Shown here in pieces: positions 49,088 to 59,336 of a stretch of 64,000 bases of DNA; the stretch's first letter is position 1, and each line of letters begins with the position of its first letter. The notes under the pieces are model-generated. The model made no database searches and was not told the origin of the DNA. It saw nothing but the letters and a program-made list of their open reading frames with translations. Location of the stretch: contig CP143273.1 of the NCBI GenBank assembly GCA_051013385.1, positions 992,001 through 1,056,000 on the forward strand. Reading direction: 5' to 3'. The translations under genes were made by a program, and so were the position numbers. The stretch is from Phormidium sp. (GTDB lineage Bacteria > Cyanobacteriota > Cyanobacteriia > Cyanobacteriales > Aerosakkonemataceae).

Positions 49088-51796
49088 TTAATCACTTGCT
49101 TTTCGGTGTTCCACTAATTTAATAATGCCATTTTCATCAAATTCGGAGGCTAAGGTGAGAATGCGATCGCAAAACTCCTGATACAAAGGATTTATTTGTG
49201 CCAGTCGTTTTGCTTCCTCTTCTACTTCTGTAATGTCGCCAATTTTTACTGCTTGGTAAAGAGTTTTTAACTCCTCCGAAGTTGGCAGAATTATCTCACT
49301 TTGTTCGGTTTTTTTTTGGAGTTTAACTTCCGGTTTCTTTTCGGCATATATCCATTGCAAGTTCAAATATTTTTGCACAAAGACGAGTAATTTTTCTAAG
49401 TCCAATGGCTTTTCCAAAAAATCATCGTACCCAGCAGAGATTGCCAAATTTTGATCGGCGTGTGATACACTGGCACTTGCTGCTAATACTGGTAATTCTG
49501 GTGGATACAATTGACGAATTTCCCGCACAAATTCATAGCCATCCATTTCTGGCATCGCAATATCGCTGATAATTAAATCGGCTGTAAATTCTGCCATTTT
49601 TGTTATTCCTCCTTGTCCATTTTCCGCTTCGGCTATCACAAACCCTAAAGGTTTTAACACTTCAGCGATCACAATTCGATTCACTTCTTTATCATCAACA
49701 ATTAAAATTTTCTTCGGTGTACCCTGATAACCGATAATCTTACCTTTGTCCGATAAAGCAGCCGCATTTATCCATTCATTAGATACTGGTAAATCTACTT
49801 CAAACCAAAAAGTACTGCCAAATCCTATGTTACTAATTACTTGTATTTCGCTGCCCATCATTGCTACAATTTGACGGCAAATAGCTAACCCTAATCCGGT
49901 GCCTTCGGCGCGACGAAATTGCGAACCTACTTGTTCAAATGGCAAAAATATTTTTTCTAATTGTTCAGGTGTCATGCCGATTCCTGTATCTTGGATACTG
50001 AAGCGAATTTTACTGTGATTTTCTGGTAAGTTATGGTGTATAGTTAACACTTCTACTTTCAAGGTGACGCTGCCTTTATCGGTAAATTTAATCGCATTTC
50101 CTAATAAGTTAAGTAACACTTGGCGCAAACGTTTTTCATCGACAACTACCCCGATCGGCAAGTTTTCTGGTTCGGTAAAATTAAACAAGATACCTTGATT
50201 TTCTGCTCTGACTCTAGCAATTTCAGCTATTCCAACTAAGAAGGAAGGAAAATGTAAATCTTTGGGTAACAATTCCATTTTTCTTGCTTCAATTTTTGCC
50301 AAGTCAAGGATATCGTTAATCAGGGTTAATAAATGAGAACCTGCTTGTTCAATTATTTGAATTCCTTTGCGGTGTTGATTGAGGTCATCCGAGCGTTGCA
50401 TAATTTGAGCGTAACCCAGAATGCCGTTTAAAGGTGTGCGTAATTCGTGACTCATGTTGGCAAGAAATTCGCTTTTGGCTTGGTTAGCACTGTCAGCAGC
50501 TTTTTTGGCTTCAGCGAGTTGGGCGGTACGTTCAGTAACTTTTTGTTCAAGGTTGTTGAAGGCAGTTTTCAGTTGTTTTGCCATGCGATTAAAGGTGCTA
50601 GCTAAGGTGTTGAGTTCGACGATCGCACCTTCTGCAACTTGTTGGTTTAAATCCCCTTGAGATATCGCTTCTGTGGATTTGGCGAAGTGTAAAATTGGTT
50701 GATTAATCCAATGAGAAGTATAAATTCCTAATATTATAGCAATGCCTAATGCGCCAATACACAACCAAATTGTGGTGCGAGTATTGGCGTTGATTTCTGC
50801 CATAAAATCTTTTTCTGGCACAACAATCACGATCAGCCAATTTAAACCAAATTTATCTTGATAAGGTAGTATTTGTAAAAATTGCCGTTCTCGATTCATT
50901 TTAAAGGTGAGTTGTTCTGCCTGACTAATTTTGGTTAAATCACCAAAGCGTCCCTGTAAAAATTTTGCTGTAAATTGTGTTAACTGATTTTGACTATGAA
51001 TAGCTGGAAGTCGTTGTAATATTTGGTTCCTAGCTGTGGGGTAGAAGGGGTTTTCCCTTGTGGAACTGGCAACCAATAACCCAGAACGTTCTAAAATAAA
51101 AGTCTGTCCTGACTTGCCAATTTTCAACTGACTGAGAAATCTATTAATGTCTAATAAAACCAGATCTGTAGCAACAACTCCAGTCAATTTGCGGTCTTGA
51201 TTATAAATAGGAACTCCCAGAGTTATGGCAAGTTTAGGATCTCCAAGATAACTATAAATATTGCTCCAAATTGATTTACCTTGGGTAGCAGGGAAAATGT
51301 ACCAAGGGCGACGACGAGGATCGTAGTTTGGAACGGAATAAATTATTTTTTGAGTTAGTTTGCCCTGGCTATCCGTTGCATAAATGTTCAAATTGTACCT
51401 AGTGGTACTATCAGCAATCCAAATATGGAATCTTCCATTATCCTGGCGGTGGATTCCATAAAATTCTCTTTCCTCGTTACCAACTTGAATCAAACTAACT
51501 TCTGGAAAAAATTTAATCTCCTGTAAAAAGTGCTTTTCTAAACTGCGAGGATTTTGGGGATTGATGTATCCTAGATAGATAGAATTCAAAAGGTTTTGAT
51601 TGACAATATACGGTTTTTCTAAATAGCTATTTAAGCGTTGTTCGATGCGATCGCCTATTTCCCTCTGCAACTGAGTGGCGAGATTTTCCACAGCCTTTTG
51701 TCCATTGTGTAAGGAAAGCCATCCCGTTAATCCCACTGCGGCAAAGATTTGTAATACAAAGGGAACAATTAATATTGAGCGCAGATGTAATTTCAT
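49088..51796 (-). CDS. Hybrid histidine kinase with a dCache domain, HAMP and REC
   Basis: YDPRRRPWY Cache motif, SHELRTP, ISDIAMP. Confidence 0.93.
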   Translation of the reverse strand: MKLHLRSILIVPFVLQIFAAVGLTGWLSLHNGQKAVENLATQLQREIGDRIEQRLNSYLEKPYIVNQNLLNSIYLGYINPQNPRSLEKHFLQEIKFFPEVSLIQVGNEEREFYGIHRQDNGRFHIWIADSTTRYNLNIYATDSQGKLTQKIIYSVPNYDPRRRPWYIFPATQGKSIWSNIYSYLGDPKLAITLGVPIYNQDRKLTGVVATDLVLLDINRFLSQLKIGKSGQTFILERSGLLVASSTRENPFYPTARNQILQRLPAIHSQNQLTQFTAKFLQGRFGDLTKISQAEQLTFKMNRERQFLQILPYQDKFGLNWLIVIVVPEKDFMAEINANTRTTIWLCIGALGIAIILGIYTSHWINQPILHFAKSTEAISQGDLNQQVAEGAIVELNTLASTFNRMAKQLKTAFNNLEQKVTERTAQLAEAKKAADSANQAKSEFLANMSHELRTPLNGILGYAQIMQRSDDLNQHRKGIQIIEQAGSHLLTLINDILDLAKIEARKMELLPKDLHFPSFLVGIAEIARVRAENQGILFNFTEPENLPIGVVVDEKRLRQVLLNLLGNAIKFTDKGSVTLKVEVLTIHHNLPENHSKIRFSIQDTGIGMTPEQLEKIFLPFEQVGSQFRRAEGTGLGLAICRQIVAMMGSEIQVISNIGFGSTFWFEVDLPVSNEWINAAALSDKGKIIGYQGTPKKILIVDDKEVNRIVIAEVLKPLGFVIAEAENGQGGITKMAEFTADLIISDIAMPEMDGYEFVREIRQLYPPELPVLAASASVSHADQNLAISAGYDDFLEKPLDLEKLLVFVQKYLNLQWIYAEKKPEVKLQKKTEQSEIILPTSEELKTLYQAVKIGDITEVEEEAKRLAQINPLYQEFCDRILTLASEFDENGIIKLVEHRKASD

Positions 51797-51963
51797 ATTC
51801 CTGCTAACAGAATGCTTTCAAATAGCTTTTGACATAGTTATGTTATCACTGTTATAGTAAAATATTAGATTATTTAGGAATTTTTTAATAGGTTAGAAAA
51901 AGGCATAAAGATCGCTGTTGGCTGGGGAAGAGCGATCGTAATTTTTAAAATTTTAATAGAGTT

Positions 51964-53286
51964 CTAAGAAGACAAAAGCGGTAATGTAATGATAAATTCA
52001 GTTCCTTCTCCAAACACCGAATTAAAAGTTAAATATCCCTGATGATTATCTTCAATAATCTGACGCGAAATTGACAACCCTAATCCCGTTCCTTTCCCTA
52101 CAGCTTTAGTGGTAAATAAGTATTCAAAAATTTTCTTTTGCACTGCTGGTTCAATACCAATTCCATTATCTCGAATGATGATTTTTACAATTTGCTCATT
52201 TTGAATGTATTCAGTGTTAATTGTGATTGTGTGATTTTGTACTTTCTTTTCTCCCAAATGTTCTTTAGTGCTTAATTCTTCTAAAGCTTCGATCGCATTC
52301 ACAATTAAATTCATAAAAACTTGATTTAATTGACTGGGGTAGCACTCTATTTCAGGTAGATTACCATAATTTTTTACTACTTCAATTGCTGGACGTTTAT
52401 CATTAGCCTTTAATCGGTATTTAAGAATTAACAAAGTGCTATCAATTCCTTCATGAATATTGCACCGAACTTTGTTATTTGAATCTGCACGAGAAAAGAT
52501 CCGCATTGATTGGCTAATATCAGCAATACGTTTGGTTCCTGATTGCATAGAATCAATTAGTTGAGGCAAATCTTCTACCAAGTAATCAAGTTCAATATTG
52601 GTAATTTCTTCTGCAATTTCTAGAACCGGATTGGGATAATTTCTTTGATAAAGATTAATTAAATTCATTAGGTCTTCTGTGTATTGCCGAATATGTTGCA
52701 AATTTCCCGAAATAAACCCAACTGGATTATTAATTTCGTGAGCGATTCCCGCTACTAATTGCCCCAAAGAAGACATTTTTTCACTTATAATTAGTTGGGA
52801 TTGAGCTTTTTTAAGTTCTAAAGTTCTTTCCTCAACTTTATGTTCTAGCAACTCATTCATTTGACTTAACTGTTGATTTTTATCAGCTAACTCTTTGGTT
52901 AAACTACGCAGTTTAAGATGTAAATTAATCCGGGCTAAAACCTCTTCTTGTTGGAAAGGTTTAGTAATGTAATCTACTGCACCTAAAGAAAGACCTTTAA
53001 CTTTATTTTCTGTATCCGCTAAGGCTGTCATAAAGATGATTGGGACATCTCTATTACTAGGATTTTTTTTAATTCGTTCGCAAGTTTCAAAGCCATTGAT
53101 TCCTGGCATCATTACATCTAGTAAGATTAAATCGGGAGTAATTTCTTCTAATTTAGTGAGAGCATTTTCCCCATTTTTGGCAATTAAAACCTTAAATCCA
53201 TAATTTTTTAAAAAATCGAAAAGCACTTTTATGTTAGTAGGGTTATCATCAACGATCAGCAATTTATGTGGTTCAATAGTCATCAT
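51964..53286 (-). CDS. REC-HisKA-HATPase hybrid kinase
   Basis: LLDVMMP REC, GIAHEINNP, GKGTGLGL; start approximate. Confidence 0.92.
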   Translation of the reverse strand: MMTIEPHKLLIVDDNPTNIKVLFDFLKNYGFKVLIAKNGENALTKLEEITPDLILLDVMMPGINGFETCERIKKNPSNRDVPIIFMTALADTENKVKGLSLGAVDYITKPFQQEEVLARINLHLKLRSLTKELADKNQQLSQMNELLEHKVEERTLELKKAQSQLIISEKMSSLGQLVAGIAHEINNPVGFISGNLQHIRQYTEDLMNLINLYQRNYPNPVLEIAEEITNIELDYLVEDLPQLIDSMQSGTKRIADISQSMRIFSRADSNNKVRCNIHEGIDSTLLILKYRLKANDKRPAIEVVKNYGNLPEIECYPSQLNQVFMNLIVNAIEALEELSTKEHLGEKKVQNHTITINTEYIQNEQIVKIIIRDNGIGIEPAVQKKIFEYLFTTKAVGKGTGLGLSISRQIIEDNHQGYLTFNSVFGEGTEFIITLPLLSS

Positions 53287-53290
53287 AGTT

Positions 53291-55156
53291 TTAGATTCTA
53301 ATGGGAACATACTTAGCTAAAAATTCAGTCGCTTCTTTACTAGGTAAAGGTTTAGAAAATAAAAAACCTTGACCAAATTCGCAGCCTAATTCTTGCAGTT
53401 TTTCTAACTGTTTTTTTGTCTCTATCCCTTCTGCTACTACATCCATACCTAAATTGTGAGCTAAAGAAATTATTGTTGATACAATTGTTATGCCTTCTAC
53501 CTTGTCATCTAAAAGATTTATGAAAGAGCGATCGATTTTCAGAGTTTCAGCCGGAAATGTATGCAATCGACTTAAGGAAGAATAGCCTGTTCCAAAATCG
53601 TCAACACAAATTTGAATGCCATAACTGTGAATTTGTTCTAAAATATGTTTGGCCGTACTAATCGCCTCCAAAAAAGCTGTTTCTGTAATTTCTATTTTAA
53701 TAACTCCTGGGTTTAATTTAGCTTGACAGTAAATTTCTTTAATTTGCTCCACTACCTCTTGCTTATGAAATTGTCGAGCTGAAAAATTAACATTTACAAC
53801 TAAAGGAAAATTAACTTTTACTGTGTTTTTCCATTCTTCTATTTGCTGACAAGCTATTTTTAATGACTGAAAATCGATCGCTTCAATTAGCCCCATTTCT
53901 TCTGCTACTGTAATAAAATCAGATGGTTCGAGAAAGCCTTTTTTTGGATGTTGCCAACGAATTAAAGCTTCAAAACCAACTATTCTCTCTGTTTTTAATG
54001 AGAAAATTGGTTGATAATAAAGACAAAATTCTTCTCTCTCTAAAGCTTCTTGCAGTTCAACTTCAATTTGCATCCGTTCTAAAGCTTGAAACTGCATTTG
54101 TGGAGTTAATATAGTATAGCAACCTTTCCCTGCTTGTTTGGCTTGATACATTGCTATATCTACATCTCTGAGAATATTACTTGGCTTTTCATAACCTACT
54201 ATTGACGGAATGATGCCAATACTACCACTAAGAGAAATTCTATAGTTATTAATTTTCAGTGGATTTTGCAAAAGTTTCAGGAGTGATTGAGCAAGCTCTG
54301 TTACTTCTGTCATTTTCCCAGGTTTTTTTAGAGTAATAAAAAATTCATCTCCTCCTAATCGAGCGATTTTTGCTTGACTTCCCAAGTGAGTTTGCAATCG
54401 ATTAGTTACGCATTTAAGTACTTCATCCCCGATTAAATGTCCAAAAGAGTCATTAATGCTTTTGAAGCCATCCAAGTCTAAAAAAAACACCGTGCAGTCA
54501 TTTTGGGGATTCAATTGATTCACTTTAATAATTCTGGTTAAATCTTCCACTAACCAAGTACGGTTGAATAGACCTGTTAGCATATCATGAGAGGCTTCAT
54601 AACTGAGTTTTTCTTCCCTTATTTGCAACTCTTTTAAAGCTTTTTCTAGTTCTTGAGTGCGTTGTGCGACTCGTTGTTCTAATTCCTGATTTAGTTGTTG
54701 TAATTTAGCTTCAGCTGCTTGACGTGCTGCTATTTCTTGGGTGAGGTGGGAATTTTTTATTTGCAGAGTAAGAGTTAAAGAGCGTAATTTTAAATGTAAA
54801 CGAACGCGACTGAGAAGTTCTTCTTGTTCAATAGGTTTGGTGATGTAATCTACTGCTCCTAAAGTTAGTCCTTTAACTTTATCTGTTACTTCGGAAAGAG
54901 CCGTCATAAAAATTATGGGAATGTCTTGGGTGGCTGGATTTAATTTCAAGCGGCGACAAACTTCAAAGCCATTAATTATTGGCATCATTACATCTAGTAG
55001 AATTAAATCCGGTGAAATTTGTTCTAGTTTTTTTAGTGCATCTTGACCGTTGTTTGCCACTAAAACCTTAAATCCTGATTGTTTGAGGAAACTAAATATT
55101 ACTTTAATATTATTTGGATTATCATCAACAATCAATATTAAGGATGGCTCGTGCAT
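53291..55156 (-). CDS. REC-GGDEF-EAL c-di-GMP enzyme
   Basis: REC, RLGGDEF, FEALIRW, DDFGTGYSS; start could be 55201. Confidence 0.93.
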   Translation of the reverse strand: MHEPSLILIVDDNPNNIKVIFSFLKQSGFKVLVANNGQDALKKLEQISPDLILLDVMMPIINGFEVCRRLKLNPATQDIPIIFMTALSEVTDKVKGLTLGAVDYITKPIEQEELLSRVRLHLKLRSLTLTLQIKNSHLTQEIAARQAAEAKLQQLNQELEQRVAQRTQELEKALKELQIREEKLSYEASHDMLTGLFNRTWLVEDLTRIIKVNQLNPQNDCTVFFLDLDGFKSINDSFGHLIGDEVLKCVTNRLQTHLGSQAKIARLGGDEFFITLKKPGKMTEVTELAQSLLKLLQNPLKINNYRISLSGSIGIIPSIVGYEKPSNILRDVDIAMYQAKQAGKGCYTILTPQMQFQALERMQIEVELQEALEREEFCLYYQPIFSLKTERIVGFEALIRWQHPKKGFLEPSDFITVAEEMGLIEAIDFQSLKIACQQIEEWKNTVKVNFPLVVNVNFSARQFHKQEVVEQIKEIYCQAKLNPGVIKIEITETAFLEAISTAKHILEQIHSYGIQICVDDFGTGYSSLSRLHTFPAETLKIDRSFINLLDDKVEGITIVSTIISLAHNLGMDVVAEGIETKKQLEKLQELGCEFGQGFLFSKPLPSKEATEFLAKYVPIRI

Positions 55157-55316
55157 TTTTTTTACCTTTTTCAAGGAGTTTTGCTGAAAGATTTTCTTCA
55201 ATTAAATAATTAAATCTAAGTAATTTTACTACTAAATTCCTTGGTTTAGAGTATATTTTATTGAATGATTATATTTAAATATAACAGTTTTAGATTAATG
55301 ATAGATTAAGAACAAA

Positions 55317-58082
55317 TCAATAAGCTTTCGATTTACTGTGCTGCTCGAGCCATTGCAAAATTCCTGCATCATCGAATTCTTGTGCTAGTTCTAGGATGTG
55401 CTGACAGAAGGGAGTATACTGAGAGTTAAGTTTTTGGAGTCGCTCGGCTTCTTGTTCTATTTTTTCAATATCACCAATGCGGGCGGCGTGGTGCAAAGTT
55501 TCTAATTCCTGATCGGAAGGTACGAGAATTTTTGGAGTTAGTTTAGTTTGAGTTTTGGATTCTATGATATGGCGATCGATCACCCATTCTATTCCTAGAC
55601 TCACTCTTAATTTTTCTAAAAGGTCTGGTATTTGTATTGGTTTACTCAGAAATTCGTCACTACTGACAAGAAATTTTTGTTGTTTGTTTACACTAAAGGT
55701 GTTAGCAGACATGGCGATAATTGGAATTTTCTGCAATTCTGGCGTGTTTCTGATCTGTCGAATCATTTCAAAACCATCCATTTTTGGCATTACTAAATCA
55801 GTTAAAATTAGATCAGGTTTGGCGATCGCAGCTTGCTTTAATCCCTCAACTCCATCACTAGCTTCAATCAATTCAAAACCATAAGGTTTAAGTAAGTCAA
55901 CGACTAAACTACGGCTTTCGGTGCGATCGTCCACTACTAATAATTTCACCGACTTTTTACCTGTAAAACCAGCGATCGCTTCCGGCTTAAGAAGCTTAAC
56001 TGCTGTTATTTCTCCTCCCCCTAGTTCTAAATTTAAATCAAAATAGAATTTACTTCCTACACCCAATTCCGAAGAAACTTGTAATGTCGAACCCATCATT
56101 TGTAAAATCTTTTGACTAATCGCTAATCCTAAACCCGTTCCTTCTGCTTTCCGTTGATTTTCTCCTACTTGCTCAAAGGGCAAAAATATTTTATCTATTT
56201 GCTCTGGCAAAATTCCTAGCCCAGTATCTTCTACCTCAAAGTGAATTTTAGTAGTTGGTTTTTCTCCCATTTCTGCCAAACGATCGTCTACTACCATTAC
56301 TTTAAAAGTGACTGAACCTGTATCTGTAAATTTTATAGCATTGCTTAATAAATTTATTAACACTTGCCGCAGTCGCTTTTCATCAGTACGGACTTGCTGC
56401 GGTAAATCTGGTGAAAATTCACAGTAAAAAATTAAGTCCTTGGCTTCAGCTTTAATCCGACAAATTTCGGTTACACCTACTAGTAAGTTTGGTAAATATA
56501 AGTCGTGAACATAAATCTCTAACTTTCTGGCTTCAATTTTAGCTAAGTCTAATAAATCGTTAATCAGATTTAACAAATGGGAACCGCTTTCATAGATTAC
56601 GCTAATACCTTTGCGGTCTTCTCGACTTAAAGTTTTAGAACGTTCTAAAATTTGGGTATAACCTAAAATTCCATTCAAAGGGGTTCTCAATTCGTGACTC
56701 ATGGAAGCGAGAAATTCACTTTTGGCTTGATTGGCTGCGTCCGCTTCTTCTTTAGCTAATTTCAATTCTTCAGTTCTTTCTTTAACTTTTAATTCTAAGT
56801 TTTGGGAATATTGAGCTAGTTCTTCCTTGGCTTTAGCTAACTGGTGGTTGGTTTTTTTTAACTGCCATTGGTTGTAGTAATTATTGGTTAAAATTGCTGA
56901 AATAGTAATAGCTAAAAAGGGAGAAAAAACTGGGATTACCCAACCTTGTAAAAAGGCTATGTAGCTGATTCCCAAAACTGACGTTCCGGCAACAGTGACA
57001 CTAAAAATTGTACTGATAAAAAAACTATTACTCCCGAAAAATTTCCGGTGCAAAATGCTCCAAGTCCCGGCAGAGCTAACTATAGAACAGAGTACAATCC
57101 ATAGTTGATTCAGGATTTTATTCGCAGGTTGTAGGTTGTTGCGTCCTTCTAAGGCGGCGCTAATAATTTGACTGCTCAGGTTAGCATGAATAACTACACC
57201 TGGTGTAAAGTCGGTTTTACCAAAAATAGCATTGCTGTAAGGTGTTTGGACAATATCGTTAAGGCTAGCAGCTGTAGCACCAATTAATACGATCCGATCG
57301 CGCATTAAATTCGCTGGAATCTGATTATTTAATACCTCTTCCATTGATATATTTAGAAAGTGATTTAGCTGCCCTCGGTAATTAAGTAAAATTTGATATC
57401 CTCCGCTATCTTTGGCAACATAACCTCCTTCATCTCCTTGCAATGGCAAAAAAACACCTCGACCTAAACCAAATTTTTTCTGTTTTTCATCGAGCAGTTT
57501 TAGTTCTATACCTTTTCGTTTCAGGTAATCTAGTGCCACCCTTACTCCTAGTCCTTGTTTTGCTTGACCTGAAGCAGAACGGACTGATAATAAACCTCGC
57601 CGCACTTTGCCATCGCTATCGATTAGTATATCGGCGGCTCCTACTTGATTTCGTTTGGCTAAAACTGGCGGTGGGGCGATCGCTTCTGGCAAAACTTTTT
57701 CTAATCCGAGCAGATTGGGCGTAGATTTATACAAATCAATTAATTCTTGATGTCCCGGTTCTACTGGCAGATCGCGATATAAATCTAAGCCTATTACCGC
57801 TGGTTTTTGTGCTTTGATATTTTTGAGTACTTGGGTTAGTTGCCGATCGGACATCGGCCATCGCCCTACCGCTTTTATATCAGATTCTCCCACAGTGACA
57901 ATTACAATCCGATCCTCGGATGGGTCGGCTGGACGTAACCAAAAAAATTGGTCGAGCGTTACCCATTCAAACAGTTGAAAAGCTCCTGTAGTGCTGCTGA
58001 TGATAATTATTCCAGCCACACTCACAGCAATGACCAGAACTTCTCGCCACTCCTGCATCCAATTTTTTATTTGAAGCTTCAT
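55317..58082 (-). CDS. CHASE2-domain hybrid histidine kinase
   Basis: [21 protein letters not shown], 3 [12 protein letters not shown]. Confidence 0.93.
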   Translation of the reverse strand: MKLQIKNWMQEWREVLVIAVSVAGIIIISSTTGAFQLFEWVTLDQFFWLRPADPSEDRIVIVTVGESDIKAVGRWPMSDRQLTQVLKNIKAQKPAVIGLDLYRDLPVEPGHQELIDLYKSTPNLLGLEKVLPEAIAPPPVLAKRNQVGAADILIDSDGKVRRGLLSVRSASGQAKQGLGVRVALDYLKRKGIELKLLDEKQKKFGLGRGVFLPLQGDEGGYVAKDSGGYQILLNYRGQLNHFLNISMEEVLNNQIPANLMRDRIVLIGATAASLNDIVQTPYSNAIFGKTDFTPGVVIHANLSSQIISAALEGRNNLQPANKILNQLWIVLCSIVSSAGTWSILHRKFFGSNSFFISTIFSVTVAGTSVLGISYIAFLQGWVIPVFSPFLAITISAILTNNYYNQWQLKKTNHQLAKAKEELAQYSQNLELKVKERTEELKLAKEEADAANQAKSEFLASMSHELRTPLNGILGYTQILERSKTLSREDRKGISVIYESGSHLLNLINDLLDLAKIEARKLEIYVHDLYLPNLLVGVTEICRIKAEAKDLIFYCEFSPDLPQQVRTDEKRLRQVLINLLSNAIKFTDTGSVTFKVMVVDDRLAEMGEKPTTKIHFEVEDTGLGILPEQIDKIFLPFEQVGENQRKAEGTGLGLAISQKILQMMGSTLQVSSELGVGSKFYFDLNLELGGGEITAVKLLKPEAIAGFTGKKSVKLLVVDDRTESRSLVVDLLKPYGFELIEASDGVEGLKQAAIAKPDLILTDLVMPKMDGFEMIRQIRNTPELQKIPIIAMSANTFSVNKQQKFLVSSDEFLSKPIQIPDLLEKLRVSLGIEWVIDRHIIESKTQTKLTPKILVPSDQELETLHHAARIGDIEKIEQEAERLQKLNSQYTPFCQHILELAQEFDDAGILQWLEQHSKSKAY

Positions 58083-58085
58083 TAA

Positions 58086-58658
58086 CTACAACTGTTCTGT
58101 TAAAGATTCTTGTGCCAGATGCTCTAATCCTACTTGCTTTAATAAATCAGCCCACTCTTTCTTCAACAAGAGATTTTCTGGTTGAGTCAAGCGAGCTTGA
58201 TTCAAGATATTGAGTGTATCATACCAAATTCCTGATTTGGCATACAAAGCTGCTAGTGCGATCGCTCTTTGGGACTCCCCAGGGTTTTTTCCTTTCAAAG
58301 TTTCCGGTGTTACTGGAGCAGAAACCCGCTTTACCCATCCTGAAATACTGTAAGCATCTGGACGTAAAATTTCCCCTGGTTTTAGCAAAATCACCAACCA
58401 TTGGTAGGGTTTATTCGGAGCTTTATCATCGCTAGGCATAAAGTTGATATTACCGCGAGAACCTCCCCCCAATGTGCGACGAGGAACTTCGCTACCAGAC
58501 GGTTGGAACTCAATATTAACTGATACAGGAGTATTGTTATTAGCTGGTTCTACAGCCCAACTGAATGTAGCTGCCATAACAATTAATGAGGCAAGGGCCA
58601 CTAAACTTAATTGGTACTTTATTATTGTGCCTTTTCTGTTCTTTTTTCGATTCCGCAT
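58086..58658 (-). CDS. DUF928-domain protein, probably internally deleted
   Basis: GGGSRG, YQW, SGWVKRV, YAKSGIWYDTL, W..LL..VGL; the central part appears missing. Confidence 0.75.
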   Translation of the reverse strand: MRNRKKNRKGTIIKYQLSLVALASLIVMAATFSWAVEPANNNTPVSVNIEFQPSGSEVPRRTLGGGSRGNINFMPSDDKAPNKPYQWLVILLKPGEILRPDAYSISGWVKRVSAPVTPETLKGKNPGESQRAIALAALYAKSGIWYDTLNILNQARLTQPENLLLKKEWADLLKQVGLEHLAQESLTEQL

Positions 58659-58863
58659 AAACCAATTTTTCTCTCTTGTTAGATTTGAAATTTTATCAGA
58701 TATTTTAGCCTTTTATTACGATTTTTTGTCACTATTTTAGGGAATTTTAATCAAAAGAATTAATTTTTATTAGCTTTTAAAGAATCTTGAAATAGTAAAT
58801 TTACTCTCCGAGTTTTCTCGGTTTTTTTATTAACCTCATCTTAAACTTTTTTACTTAAAAAAT

Positions 58864-58900
58864 GGTTCTTCCGTACTTAATGTGCTAAATTATTAGGGAA
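58864..58900. mobile_element. Solo ISL3 right end
   Basis: GGTTCTTCCGTACTTAATGTGCTAAAT nearly matches the end at 40228. Confidence 0.7.
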
Positions 58901-59064
58901 GAGTGAAGAGATATAGGAAATGAAGAATAGCTTATTAACTAAGTTGCTAAATTTACCAGGAGTTATAGTAGAGTCGAACCAAGAAACAGAAGATACATTA
59001 ATTTTATTTGTCAAATCAGAAAAGAAAACAGCAGAGCCGATGTATTACACAAAAATGATTTTGT

Positions 59065-59107
59065 CAAGGTCAATGTTGCCGATAATTGACTGATCCACAC
59101 TGATCTT
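59065..59107 (+). promoter_or_regulatory. Tripartite AYTGATCY operator candidate, copy B
   Basis: CAAGGTCAAT...ACTGATCCACACTGATCTT; aligns with 28430-28473. Confidence 0.55.
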
Positions 59108-59158
59108 TTCAGGCTTCATTGTTATTGGACAAACTGAGAATGAAATGAGGACAAGATA

Positions 59159-59282
59159 CAATACCGCTCGGGTTTTGAGTAGGGGCGAAGCATTCGGGCA
59201 ACAATTTATGACTCAAACCCTAGATTTTCTGCCCGAATGCTTCGCCCCTACAAAGGGGAAAATCGTTAACCGAGCAGTATTG
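59159..59282. mobile_element. CAATAC-ended MITE, copy 5
   Basis: TIR; perfect 10-bp TSD GGACAAGATA. Confidence 0.9.
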
Positions 59283-59336
59283 GGACAAGATAAATCTTGC
59301 CTAAAGATTGCAAAGTAAAAAATTAAGAGCGTAACT

